DNA of 64,000 nt from a virus (Duplodnaviria; Caudoviricetes). The DNA lies in the IMG/VR virus record IMGVR_UViG_3300020577_012390, positions 21,396 through 85,395 of that record, one strand, 5' to 3'. The stretch's first letter is position 1, and every line of letters starts with the position of its first letter. This document shows, piece by piece, positions 19,069 through 29,304 of this stretch. The notes beneath the pieces are model-generated. The model saw only the letters and a list, made by a program, of their open reading frames with translations. It was not told the DNA's origin and did not search any database. The position numbers and the translations under genes are program-made.

Positions 19069-20245
19069 TCTATCTCCGGCCTTATGGGAAGGTCGATACT
19101 TTTCTCGGGAAAATGGCTCTGGGTTGAAGAGGGGTCCCCCCGTCCGATCACCCGCTTTTAGCGGAAAGTCAAAACCCGAATTACCTACATCCGGGGAGGG
19201 AGGGGGCGGGTTGTCCTACCTGGTAGGATAAGGTGCGAGTTTCTGCCCGGGTAACCCTCTCCCTGGTAGAGGGGCGGGGGCGTTATCCGGATAGCGTTTA
19301 TCAGATAGCGAATAACGTTATCCGGATAGCGGGTTTCCTATCCGGATTGACTATCAGGATAAACGTTTATCAATCGTTGATAAACATTACAAGAACCCAC
19401 CTTGTCCTACAGGGTGCGAGTTTCTACTTGGTACCCCGGCGAGGGGGGTGTGGACCCTTGACCAGGTAAAGGTGTCTCGTGTGACCCTACCAGGGACCTC
19501 CGGGGAAGGGTCAACCCCCAGAACCGTTATTAGCGGGGCGTAAAACGGTACAGAACTCGTTTTAGGGGTCGGATGGGGGGTAGGGTGCGGAACGGTCCCG
19601 CGAAGCGTTTTAGGGTCGGTTATATTCGATTACCGAGAATCCATCCCACACTATCCTACCTAAAATTAGAAAGTTTCTAAAACCTATTGCGAGACGTGTC
19701 CGGGGGGTTTAGGTTCTGGTCTACCGAAGTTCAAGCGATTGAATAACGGTACTTGATCCTTCTCAACTAGACGCGGTTTCCACCCTTCGGGGTGGCGCGT
19801 CTCATACTGCGACCGGGGTAAGACCGAAACGGACACCACCCCAACCCAGAAACGTAACTGAACGGTACCCCCTTTCACTAGGGGGGCGAGTAAGTAACCA
19901 GGTACGACCACGCGCGAAACCTGATACTGGGGAATCTCCTATCAAGAGTAGGTTATCGGATATGAGAGTCCGATAAACGAAAGAAAAGATAGGCGCGGTT
20001 TGATCATTGACAACTAAAACGGAAGTAACGGGGTCTAATCTCAATTACCCCAGAGTGTTCCCCTCTATGAGGGCGTCACACGATAGGAATCACCCTATCA
20101 GGGACACACTTCCACCCCACCCATCGGGGTCAGCAGAAGACTAGAGCGGACAGATGGGGGTACCGGGTAAGACCCGGCCAAGCGTAAACGGTAGAGTCTC
20201 CTGTTAGGGGTGCGAAACCACCCCCTGACGTAACGGAGATTCAAA
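19069..20245. other. repeat- and palindrome-rich non-coding region
   Basis: No credible ORF; TATCCGGATA units, inverted repeats, duplicated TTGTCCTAC..GGTGCGAGTTTCT. Confidence 0.7.
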
Positions 20246-20563
20246 ATGGCTAAAAACAAGATTGTTTGTACCTGCGGCGGTTGGGAAAACAGCAAGGAAC
20301 ACACGGATTCCTGCCCGATTCGATACGTGACGATGTCCCCCTGGGAGATCGCTCGCGTCATCAAGGCGGACTGGAAAAAGCCGTACTTCGGTGCGGTTCC
20401 TTACATCGAGGCGCTCGCGGCGATCAACGAGTGGGGCGACGCATACCTGTGCGAAACCTCGAACGACATCGCCATCGGGTTCCTCTCAAACGCCGCCACC
20501 TGGCGCGGTCCGGTCGCGAAAGCGGCCAAGATTGTGCTCGACGGGATTGTGGTGGCGTGGTGA
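20246..20563 (+). CDS. conserved phage hypothetical protein
   Basis: EIARVIKADWKKPYFGAVPY..FLSNAATWRG, a motif set I recall from small phage proteins. Confidence 0.65.
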   Translation: MAKNKIVCTCGGWENSKEHTDSCPIRYVTMSPWEIARVIKADWKKPYFGAVPYIEALAAINEWGDAYLCETSNDIAIGFLSNAATWRGPVAKAAKIVLDGIVVAW

Positions 20564-20859
20564 AGCGGCACCCCCTCCTGTCCTATGCGTGTTCGGTCCT
20601 CGACTGCCCCGGAATCTCCGATTCCGATGGCGGTTACTGCGACCGCCATGTCGTCCGGAAGACCCGCAAGGTCTGTGTCCGGATGATCGTCCAGTTCGCC
20701 AACGGCGACGAGGTCTTCTTCCTCGCGCCGACGACCACGAAGACCTCCAAGGTCCTCGGGATCGCTCGGGGGATGAACCCCCTGAGTCGGCTTGAGAGTA
20801 TCGCGACCGATGGTTCCTGTGTGAACGTCGACATCGCTGACTTCAGAATCAAAAAGTTA
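20560..20859 (+). CDS. hypothetical protein; ends at TTA
   Basis: GTGA overlap; CSVLDC..CDRH. Confidence 0.5.
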
Positions 20860-20929
20860 GAAAACCCTTCGCACCCCTACCAGGGGACTCTACCGTAACC
20901 CAGGATGCAGCGAAGTTACGGAGATTCAA

Positions 20930-22342
20930 ATGCCCAAGAACAAGAAGAACAACGGCTCCAAGAACGTCAACACCTCCAACAAGGTCGCGACCCCGGCCAC
21001 CACGGAGACCCTCAAGGTCCCCCAGGTGATCCAGCCGGACGCGGGAAAGGAGGTGACGACGGAGAAGGCGCCGGAAGTGGTGGCGGTCCCTGCGGACCCG
21101 CCCAAGGCGGAGGTCGTCGCTGACCTGACTGCAACCTGGGTGGTGGATCTGAAGGCGTCGACTCTGAAGCCCGAGGACCTGGTGGCCGATAAGGAATATG
21201 TGATCGTGAAATGCGTTCACCTGTCCCCTCCCGGCCATTTCCCGGATATCGACCGGGACCTCTACACGGACGCGCCCGTCAAGGCGAAGTTCCTCCGCTG
21301 GGAGGAACTCTACATGGCGGGTACGGTGGGTATGACGCTCGACGGTGCGACCGAAGAGCAGAAGAAGACCATCGAGTCCGCGTACTCGAAGAGCCAGGTC
21401 GCGGTCTTCAACGATGGGAGGGCGGGTTACGCCATCCCGGCGTACGCGACCGTCCCTGCGTGCGACATCTCACTGCTCGTGTACCCCAACAACGAAGAGG
21501 GTCACAAGCTCGCGTTCGACGCGGCGACCTTCTTCTCGGCGCGCAGCTTTTCCCTGGGTTGGACTGAGGAAATCAGCAACCTGAAACGCGAGATGTTGTT
21601 GTCCTCGGCCAACGTCCCCGAGATGACCGCGTGGTTGGGTAACCAGCCGATCTCGGTCCTCCGGAAGGCGTGTTCGGTCTGGGGCGGCAAGGTCAAGGAG
21701 GTCTTCAAGGAGGGGGTGACGAAAGAAGCCGCCCTCCCCATCGTTCTCGCTCTCCGGAACGAGATCACGAAGGACCCGAAGAAGGTGGAAGCCCTCGCTA
21801 AGAGGTACACCGAGACTAGGGCGGCCTGGGAGGCGTCGCGGAAGGCGTTCGATCAGCACCAGGTCGTTGCGATCTGGCGCGAGCGGGCGAAAGCCGCGGG
21901 GCGGAACCTCAACCTCGCCAAGATGGAGGAAGAGGTCCGGATCGATGCGGTGAAAGCTGCCTCGGTCAAACTCGCGAAAGCGGCGGCGAAAACGCCCAAA
22001 GAGACCGCGGTGAAAACCAACGGTCTGAACATCACGAACTTGCCCTCGGGCGAGGTTGCGGTGTCGGTCAAGGGCGGGAAGCTGACCATCGACCAGATGA
22101 AGGCGATGATCCAAGCAGCGGACGCGAAGGTCGCGGCGGACAAGGCCAAGGAAGACGAGGCGAAGCGCGTCGCGGAGGCTGAGAAAGCGGCGGCGGAAGT
22201 CGCTCGGGTTGCGAAGGAGAAGGAAATCGAGGCGGCCAAAAACCCCGCGGTTCCCCCCGTCCTCGTGACCGACAACAGCCCGAAGAATGGGTCCACCACC
22301 CAGGCGAAGCCGAAGGTCAAGAACAAGACCGCGGCGAAGTTA
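20930..22342 (+). CDS. large Ala/Lys-rich hypothetical protein; ends at TTA
   Basis: Followed immediately by a 13-bp hairpin. Confidence 0.6.
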
Positions 22343-22358
22343 GCTAGGGTTCGGGGCG

Positions 22359-22389
22359 GCGAGGGTCGGATTCGACATCCGGCCTTCGC
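22359..22389 (+). other. 13-bp stem-loop without U tract (processing or termination site)
   Basis: GCGAGGGTCGGAT-TCGAC-ATCCGGCCTTCGC. Confidence 0.6.
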
Positions 22390-22437
22390 TTCCCCCCACC
22401 CCTGCGGTTCCAACGACGACGTAACGGAGATTGAAGC

Positions 22438-22758
22438 ATGGAAAACCTGATGAAAGTGTTCGCGTTCTGGCCGTCCAAGGCGTTCCCCGATGGGCCCGGT
22501 TGGACGTACATCCCCGACCTCTTCACGGAGGCCGACTGTCAGAAGTTCGAGGCGGAGGGGTGGCCGGAAGAGACGTGTGGGTGCGTGTGGTGGGCGGGCG
22601 ATCTGGACGAATTGGACGCCTACATTTCCGATAGCGGCGACCCTGAAGCTATCGAGATGTGGTCGTGGGTCCAATACGACATGGGGCGCGGTCCTGCACC
22701 TGCGCGGTGGGACGAAAACGCTCACTATCGCGCGTGTGAGGCGGTTTACAATGGCTGA
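22438..22758 (+). CDS. hypothetical Trp-rich protein
   Basis: Shared leader motif with GGAGA RBS. Confidence 0.55.
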   Translation: MENLMKVFAFWPSKAFPDGPGWTYIPDLFTEADCQKFEAEGWPEETCGCVWWAGDLDELDAYISDSGDPEAIEMWSWVQYDMGRGPAPARWDENAHYRACEAVYNG

Positions 22759-22960
22759 AAAACCTCACTTTACGGTGAAGGTCAAGGTGAGGGGGCTCAC
22801 GGGATGGGGGGTCTATAGCGGACCCCATACCAGGGAGACCGCGGATAGGGTGGCGCGGCGTTTGCGTGCGAGGGGTTGGTATGGTGCGGTTAGGGTGATC
22901 GATGATAATGAATGGTTGAAAAGCCTTTCGTTCTACATCGCGAGCGGAAAGCGTAAGTAG
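22751..22960 (+). CDS. hypothetical basic protein
   Basis: Overlap-coupled; followed by a terminator. Confidence 0.5.
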   Translation: MAEKPHFTVKVKVRGLTGWGVYSGPHTRETADRVARRLRARGWYGAVRVIDDNEWLKSLSFYIASGKRK

Positions 22961-23016
22961 CTCCCGGTGGTGGCGGTTGGGGTACCCCCTGACCCCACCC
23001 CGGGGGTTATTTTTTT
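22961..23016 (+). terminator. intrinsic terminator
   Basis: Long GC hairpin CCCGG..GGGGTACCCC..CCGGG followed by TTATTTTTTT. Confidence 0.75.
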
Positions 23017-23188
23017 GTCTGCTGTCCGGGGCGTGGGGAGTAACACCTACTGCGCTCAGATTTTCCCTGTGCCTTATGTGCCTCTTTTTGTCGATTTTGT
23101 GCCTCTGAAAAACGGCGGGACTCTTGCCCTCGCGCGCGGTGCCATATACGCATCTATTATCGAAGTTGTAGCTCTGATAAACGTGTGA

Positions 23189-23386
23189 TACCCGTGCAAG
23201 ACCTACGACATCCACTTCGAGCCGGTGTACGCGGGGCCCAAGGCGAGCGAGGAGGACAAGGCTTACTGGGAGGCGACCCCGGCGGGGGAGTTCCGGCTGG
23301 GGCAGGTCAAGGAGTCGGTGGCTGCTCTCTACGAGACGGGGGCGTGCTACTACATCGAGACGTCCCCCGTCCCGGCGTCAGCCTTA
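23189..23386 (+). pseudogene. 5'-truncated remnant of a small phage gene
   Basis: GC3-rich frame FEPVY..SEEDKAYWEATPAG..YYIE preceded by in-frame TGA 23186-23188; no start codon. Confidence 0.45.
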
Positions 23387-23389
23387 CCG

Positions 23390-23944
23390 TAATTCGAGAC
23401 CTGGAATCAGGGTGAACCTGCCGGTGGGGAGACGGTCCAGGTTCCCGCCGACCACCTCCCCGGTCTCGTGGGACATGCCGTTGGAGGAGAAGACGACGGC
23501 GGTGATGAGGGGGCCATCGGGACCTTGGAAGGCGTCCTGGGTGACGAGGCCGGGGTAACAACAGGAGGCGCCCACGCGGTCCCTGGTCCACCAGAGGACT
23601 CGGGCACCCTTCTGGAGCTTGTCCGTATGGGGGTGCGGAAACGAGGCCAGGACCTCGCGGGGAGGGACGGGGGGCGGCTTGGCCACCTCGGAGACGGTGA
23701 TCGGGGGCGTAGGGGCCGGCTGCGGGGCGTGGGAGGTGGCTTCCATGACGGTGGCGAGGACGCGGAGGGCTATGGCGTTCCAGACGGGGTCGGAACGGAG
23801 GATGGCCTCGGGGTTGTGGTCGTAGGGGGCGAAGAGGGCCCAGAGGGGGTGGCCGGCGTAGGACTCTGCGACCGCGGCGGAGACGATGGCCAGGGCGACC
23901 GTGTGAATGGTCGCGTCCGGGTGGAGGGCTGGCTTGGTGGTCAT
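23390..23944 (-). CDS. hypothetical protein; ends at TTA
   Basis: MTTKP start after GGAG. Confidence 0.55.
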
Positions 23945-23961
23945 AGCGTTTATCAGGCTCC

Positions 23962-24609
23962 TAAATTCTTGGTCTTGTCGGGGGCGACCCAGGGCCCCTG
24001 AATGATCTCGCCGCCGGGGGCGGGCGGGACCGCGGGGGGAGGAGTGCCGTTCTTGGCGACGGCGTCTGCGGCGATCTGGAAGAGCCCACGGATAGCGCCG
24101 AGGACTTCCGGGGGGACGACGTTCTGAAGTTCCCGCTGCATCTCGGGCCACTCGTCGAGGGCGATGATGTTGTCGTGGCTCATGTCGTTCTCGTAGACGA
24201 AGGCGACGCTCTCCAGGGCGATAGTGTTTATGCCGCCGTTCAAATTCCCATACGGAAGGGTGATCGCCTCCGTGATGGGGCTGAAACGGTGGACCCGGAG
24301 GGAGACCCTGGGGGTGCCCACCGCGTCGGGGGCGTAGAGGGCGGGGATGTAGAGCACGATCTCGGTGGGGACCGGGTAGAACGCGATCTGATCGAGGCTC
24401 TTCCTCCCGGCGGCCTCGGACTCCGGGGTGTTGGGGACGATGGCGCGGGTCAGGACACAGGCCAGCCCCTTGATGCCGATGGTCGTGTGGAAGGAGTGGC
24501 ACGGGACGAGTTCGAGGTTCCCGCGGGTCATGGGGCCGTTATCGTTTATCAGCTTCCGATAAACCATGAAGCGGAAGGCGGGGTACCCGATGAGCTGGCT
24601 CTGTTCCAT
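23962..24609 (-). CDS. hypothetical protein; ends at TTA
   Basis: MEQSQ start in a TTATG overlap. Confidence 0.55.
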
Positions 24610-25241
24610 AACCGCTTCCCCGGGTGGGTGGACGCGACTCCGGTGCTCGACTTGTAGAGCTGGGTGGACCGGATGAGGACCTCCAGCCAAGCCGACTTGT
24701 CCATCTTACCGAATTTCCCGGCCTCGATTTTCATCAAGGTTTCGTCGGCCCCTTCGGGGATCTGAATGTGGTACATGGCGTCGTTGTCCAGCCACTCTTC
24801 AGCCACCTCGACCTGGGCGTAGGGGATGGCCCAGGACTCGGTGGTGTGCTGGTCGTTGGCGGTGTCGAGGAGATCCAGGGGGAAGAGGAGGATCTGCTCG
24901 GGCTCGTCGAACCCCAAGCACTTCGTCCAGTAAGTGAACTTGCGAATAACCAGACTCGGGCGCTGGCCGGTCCACCCGGCGTAGGTGTAGACCCGGATCT
25001 TCTGGCAGCTCTCCAGGACCTTGCGCAGGGCCTTCTCCCTCGTCTCTGGGGTGCAGCACTGGTCCCCCATGGCGTTCATCCCCACGTACTGCTGGCTCGT
25101 GAGCTTCAGGTACCGGCGGTTCCCGAACCAGATGGCCTCCAGGCGGTTGACTCCGAGGTCGGTCGTGGTCCCCGCGCCATCGTCAGCGACGATCTGGAAA
25201 CGGAACGTCGAAAATCCGGCTTTCATTTCTGCGATCTTCAC
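24609..25241 (-). CDS. hypothetical protein; ends at TTA
   Basis: GC3-rich minus-strand frame. Confidence 0.55.
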
Positions 25242-25255
25242 GGCTTCTCTCCTTG

Positions 25256-25942
25256 TCAGCAGCGGCGGTCACAGAAGATCCGGAGGCGATCCTCGTTGCC
25301 GCGGAAACGGTTCACGTCCACGTCCCCGACGATGCCGGGGACCTTCCCCGTCCTCGAAAACTGCCAGAAGTCCCACCCCTCGGGTTGAGACATCGGGCGC
25401 TTCCACGCGGCGGGGAGCAGCGGGGAAGGTTCCTGCGTGTGATGGGCGACCCAGAGCGGGCACTCGTCGAAGGACCGGCTCTTGACGTAGGTGTCCCAGG
25501 TGCCGACGTTCGTGTAAATGATCGGCGGAATTCCGATAGCCCCCCGAATGATCGACACCCACTCGTAGATTTTGGCCACCATCTCGACGGGGGTGAGCAT
25601 CGTGCGGGAGTCTTCGTACTTCTCGACGTCGAGCACCGGAGGGAGGGTGCGACCATCGGCGGAGGAGGCGGGGTCCCCGATGGCTTCGAGGACCATCCGG
25701 GCCTGGGCGGCGACGTCCTGGTGAACGTCGAAGTATTGGTAAATGCCGGTGGTGAATTTCGGGTCCGCTGCCCTGGCGTTGATCCAGTTCTCCTCGAAGA
25801 GCTTGTCCCTCCTTAGCCCATCGGAGATCCGGATGAAGGCGAACTTGATTTCGCCGCCCGAAATTACCCGTTTCCAGTCGATGATCCGCTGCCAGACCGA
25901 AACGTCGATGCCCTTGACGAAGTCGTTGCTCATACCGGACAT
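25256..25942 (-). CDS. GH25 muramidase (endolysin), catalytic domain only
   Basis: KGIDVSVWQ, FAFIRISDG, GIYQYF, PPVLDVE, PIIYT, LWVAH, FWQFSRTGKVPGI.GDVD. Confidence 0.92.
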   Translation of the reverse strand: MSGMSNDFVKGIDVSVWQRIIDWKRVISGGEIKFAFIRISDGLRRDKLFEENWINARAADPKFTTGIYQYFDVHQDVAAQARMVLEAIGDPASSADGRTLPPVLDVEKYEDSRTMLTPVEMVAKIYEWVSIIRGAIGIPPIIYTNVGTWDTYVKSRSFDECPLWVAHHTQEPSPLLPAAWKRPMSQPEGWDFWQFSRTGKVPGIVGDVDVNRFRGNEDRLRIFCDRRC

Positions 25943-25978
25943 CGTACCACCCCATCCCTTCAGCTCCCCAGCGGGGGG

Positions 25979-26404
25979 TAAGCGGCCGCTCTTCTTCGCG
26001 CGGTCCCTCTCGGTCTTCCCCGGGTGCCTCGGAGGACCACCTCGACCCCCACCCTGAGCCAGGCTTGCGCGGCGTTCGTCCATCGCGGCGCGGGTCTCCA
26101 GCCATTCGGCCTGATCAGCGCGACCTGCGGCGACGACCCACTCCTTCGCCTCGGTCAACATCTCGATGGCCATGTCGAGGGTTTCGGAGTTCATCTCCGC
26201 GGGGATGTTGCCCTGGAACTTCACCTCGATGAAGCTGGAAATATCTCCGGTGACTTTCTTGTAACCCATCCGGAAGCTGTACTTCCGGCGAGAGGGGAGT
26301 TCGAGACGCTGGACCGTCACCACCAGCTCGCCCCTCTCTACCCGATGGACCTCCTCCCAGTTCAGCCGGGGTTTACCATCAGGGGTCATGTTATTTGTCG
26401 ACAT
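25979..26404 (-). CDS. hypothetical protein; ends at TTA, otherwise reads into GH25
   Basis: GC3-rich; GGGGAG RBS of the lysin follows the TTA. Confidence 0.55.
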
Positions 26405-26514
26405 CGCTTCTTTCTCCGTTTCTGTTTATCGAAACGCCGATAAACTCAAGCCATCCTAACATCGGTTTTACGGACCGTCAAAAGTTGCCATATTCCCCGC
26501 ACAAAACCGTACTT

Positions 26515-26543
26515 TTGACTTTCCCTTTTTCTTCATATACAAT
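26515..26543 (+). promoter_or_regulatory. sigma70-like promoter at divergent junction
   Basis: TTGACT-N17-TACAAT. Confidence 0.75.
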
Positions 26544-26697
26544 AAGGGCGGGTTGGTTGGGAGCAAGGAAGAGAAGAGAGTTCGTCTTCGACGAAGAAAG
26601 GCCCTTCGGGCCTTGCTCACCAAATAGAAGAAGAGAATTTCAGAGAGAGAAGAGACGCGCCCGCGTGGGTGCGCCTGCACGCGCGAGGATACGGATT

Positions 26698-27018
26698 ATG
26701 GAAAAGCCTAAATACAACATCGAGGGCCTACTCCCCCTTCATCCCCCGCACGGGGACCCAAACACGAAGAAGGTCTGGTGGTACATGCACCGGGAAAACC
26801 CCTCGGTCGAAGGGTTGATCCTCGCCTCCACGGCGTATTGGGCGAAGTGCGGGGCGTCGAGGCTGTCTTCTGGCGTTTATGAACCTGGTCAATTCGAGGT
26901 TCAGGAAGCCAAGGAGGACGTCATCTCTCGTCTGTATGCTCGGTCCCGGGTCGTTGACGAAACCCCGGCGATGGTGGATAATAAGACTCCGAAAAACGGA
27001 AAGAAGGGCAGGAAGTTA
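26698..27018 (+). CDS. hypothetical protein; ends at TTA
   Basis: GAGG RBS; TTATG overlap. Confidence 0.5.
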
Positions 27019-27389
27019 TGGCACGTTTCACGGTATGGGTTTTGTTCGCGCCAAATGCGGAGATGTTCCCGAAGCTGCGGGTGTTCGTCCCCCCGGACTA
27101 CGACATGCGGGCCCCGGCGGTCTCTGATGCGTTCCCCCGGGTGAAGCCCGGGACGGACGCGGACGTCATGGGGAGGGTCTGCGCGAACATTGCTCGGGAG
27201 TTCTTCAAGGGCGAGTGCGAGGTCCGGCTGGCCGTCTTCCACGAACCCCCGGAGGACCCTGGAGAGCTGGCCCAGATCCCCGAGGCGGATCGGATGGGCT
27301 GGTGGTGGGACATGGAGGCGGATCGGCGGGCGGTTTTGCCGCCCTGGATCAACGATGACCTGACCGGGGCCGTCATCCCGGTACGTTTA
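27018..27389 (+). CDS. hypothetical protein; ends at TTA
   Basis: GC3-rich. Confidence 0.55.
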
Positions 27390-27420
27390 TCAGGGCCCGA
27401 AGAACGTTACGGAGAACAGC

Positions 27421-27948
27421 ATGAACCTCGTGATCCTGGACGATGACCCGCGGAAAGCAGCCTCGTATTTCTGTGATTCCCACCTGTACTCGCAAATCCC
27501 GGCGGTCGTCCGGGTGATGAGGAGCGCCCTTTCCGTAATGGAGGTGGGCATAAACGTTACCTTCCACGACCCCGGACAGATCACCAACCCGCCGGATCGG
27601 GAACCCGACCCCACCCACCCCTGGGCGGTATGGGCGGCTGCTACGAGGGAGAACTACCTCTGGCTGGCGGACTACTCGGAAGGGCTCATTGACGAGTATT
27701 TCAAGCGGGTCAAAAACCGCCATTGTGATGATATGGCGGTCAAGGTCCTGGTGAAGATGAGCCACCACTTCCCCGAGGGGAAGCTCCAGGAGTTCTGTCA
27801 GGAGCCTCTTCCGATGGAATTCAGGCGGAAGAATGACGCTATCAAGGCGTATCGCGACTGGTACGCGAACAAGGCCAGCCACCTCCCCACCCCCTTCTGG
27901 CCGGGGAGCGGTCAACCCCCGGGGTGGTACTTCGACCACCAGCACTGA
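27421..27948 (+). CDS. denV: pyrimidine-dimer DNA glycosylase (T4 endonuclease V-like)
   Basis: MNLVILDDDP..YFCDSH, THPWAVW..RENYLWL, AYRDWY. Confidence 0.75.
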   Translation: MNLVILDDDPRKAASYFCDSHLYSQIPAVVRVMRSALSVMEVGINVTFHDPGQITNPPDREPDPTHPWAVWAAATRENYLWLADYSEGLIDEYFKRVKNRHCDDMAVKVLVKMSHHFPEGKLQEFCQEPLPMEFRRKNDAIKAYRDWYANKASHLPTPFWPGSGQPPGWYFDHQH

Positions 27949-28008
27949 TTCGACAGGGGGGAGTGCGGCATGGTAGGACGTAAACTCCAAGGAAAAGGAG
28001 TTCCTGCC

Positions 28009-28365
28009 ATGTCAGATTTCACGGTGGAAGAGGTTGCGGCTGAGATCGAGGCGCTGTGCTTCGAGATGTCGGATTTTCTGAAAGAGAAAAACGCTGGATA
28101 CGGGAACTCGGTCTTCGATCCCGTGGCCGTTTTCTCGACCGCGACGGCGGTGGACCGCATCAAGGTCCGGATCGACGACAAGCTGAGCCGGATCAAGCGG
28201 GGGAAGGGCCCAGACGACCTCTCCAGCGAGGACACGAAGAAGGACCTCGCCGGCTACCTGATCCTCTGGTCGGTCTTCGACCGTCTGGAGGCTCGCAAGG
28301 CGGCGATGGAAGACGAGGAGGTCCGGAAGGCCGAGTCGGTGGTCGCTGCGAAGAAGAAGCGTTTA
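28009..28365 (+). CDS. nucleotide modification associated domain 1 (Nmad1/DUF1599); ends at TTA
   Basis: KEKNAGYGNS, IKVRIDDKLSRI, EDT..DLAGYLIL. Confidence 0.8.
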
Positions 28366-28382
28366 GGGGAGCCTGAAAAACC

Positions 28383-28790
28383 ATGCGCGAAGCTACCTGG
28401 GAAGCGATCCGGAAGCTGGCGAGGGAGGGGAAGGTCCCCGTCATCGAGATCAAGGAAGCCGAGCGCGTGGTGACCCCGCCGCGCAAGCGCGGGCGACCTC
28501 GTGTGGTGGGACCCAAGGGGGAAGTTTACCACTACAAGATGCACACCCCGAACGGTCAACCCATGCAATGCAGGGCGTTTGGGTGCAATTATAAATTCAG
28601 GAAGGATGAAATCGGTATCGTATGCAGCAACCCGAGCTGCAAGGCGATGTTGATCGAGTATTGCCAGGCCGTTCTGGACGTTTTCTCGGGGAAGATGTCC
28701 GCCCTGGACTTCCCGATGGCGTTCAGGTCTCGCCATGGTAAGAGGATGGCGTCAGGGAAACCGAAACCTCCGCCGAAGAAAAAGAAATGA
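28383..28790 (+). CDS. hypothetical Zn-binding protein
   Basis: CRAFGC, CSNPSC. Confidence 0.55.
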   Translation: MREATWEAIRKLAREGKVPVIEIKEAERVVTPPRKRGRPRVVGPKGEVYHYKMHTPNGQPMQCRAFGCNYKFRKDEIGIVCSNPSCKAMLIEYCQAVLDVFSGKMSALDFPMAFRSRHGKRMASGKPKPPPKKKK

Positions 28791-29092
28791 AACTCGGTGA
28801 TTTCGTTGCAAGGCTTACGAAGACGGTGGGGATCGAACCCTGCGATGCCTGCAAGAAACGACAGGAGACGCTAAATGAACTCGGGCGAAAACTCTCAGAA
28901 GCCTTTGGAGGGGGAAGTGGTGCCGGAGTACCGGACCAGGGAGGAGATGGAGTCGCACGCTCCGGAGGGTCCCCGGGCGTTCATGGCCCGCCAGGAGGCG
29001 GAGTACGAGGAGATGATGCGCCAGCAGATGAAGGACCACGAAGCCCAAGTGACGGGTCAGACGGAGGCTTCGTTTATCCGATTCGCGAATAA
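28787..29092 (+). CDS. small Cys-motif protein; real end probably near 28915
   Basis: LGD.VA.LT..GIEPCDACKKRQE.LN. Confidence 0.5.
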   Translation: MKLGDFVARLTKTVGIEPCDACKKRQETLNELGRKLSEAFGGGSGAGVPDQGGDGVARSGGSPGVHGPPGGGVRGDDAPADEGPRSPSDGSDGGFVYPIRE

Positions 29093-29228
29093 CGGTGACG
29101 CTCTCTCTCCAGCCCTCAGCGACTTCTCCAAAAATGTCTCTGAGCGCAAGCTGGGGAGAATTGGAACGAGTCATAAGGGTTATGGCTTCCGGATCGACCC
29201 CAGCGGTAGGAAGCCTGAAAAGCGTTGA
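28917..29228 (+). CDS. hypothetical protein
   Basis: GGAGG RBS, GTG start. Confidence 0.5.
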   Translation: MVPEYRTREEMESHAPEGPRAFMARQEAEYEEMMRQQMKDHEAQVTGQTEASFIRFANNGDALSPALSDFSKNVSERKLGRIGTSHKGYGFRIDPSGRKPEKR

Positions 29229-29304
29229 CGGGTACCTAACCGCCTATCATCCTTTGTGGGTCTGAAACTGCCCCTTCGGGGGCCCCCACACAGGAGAACA
29301 CCAC

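Noticed and set aside
19200-19430. CRISPR array
   Set aside because: Repeats are short, degenerate and irregularly spaced, with no spacer-length periodicity and no cas genes
22359-22389. tRNA-like element (GATTCGA loop)
   Set aside because: Single hairpin only; no acceptor, D or anticodon arms. No tRNA genes recognised in the window
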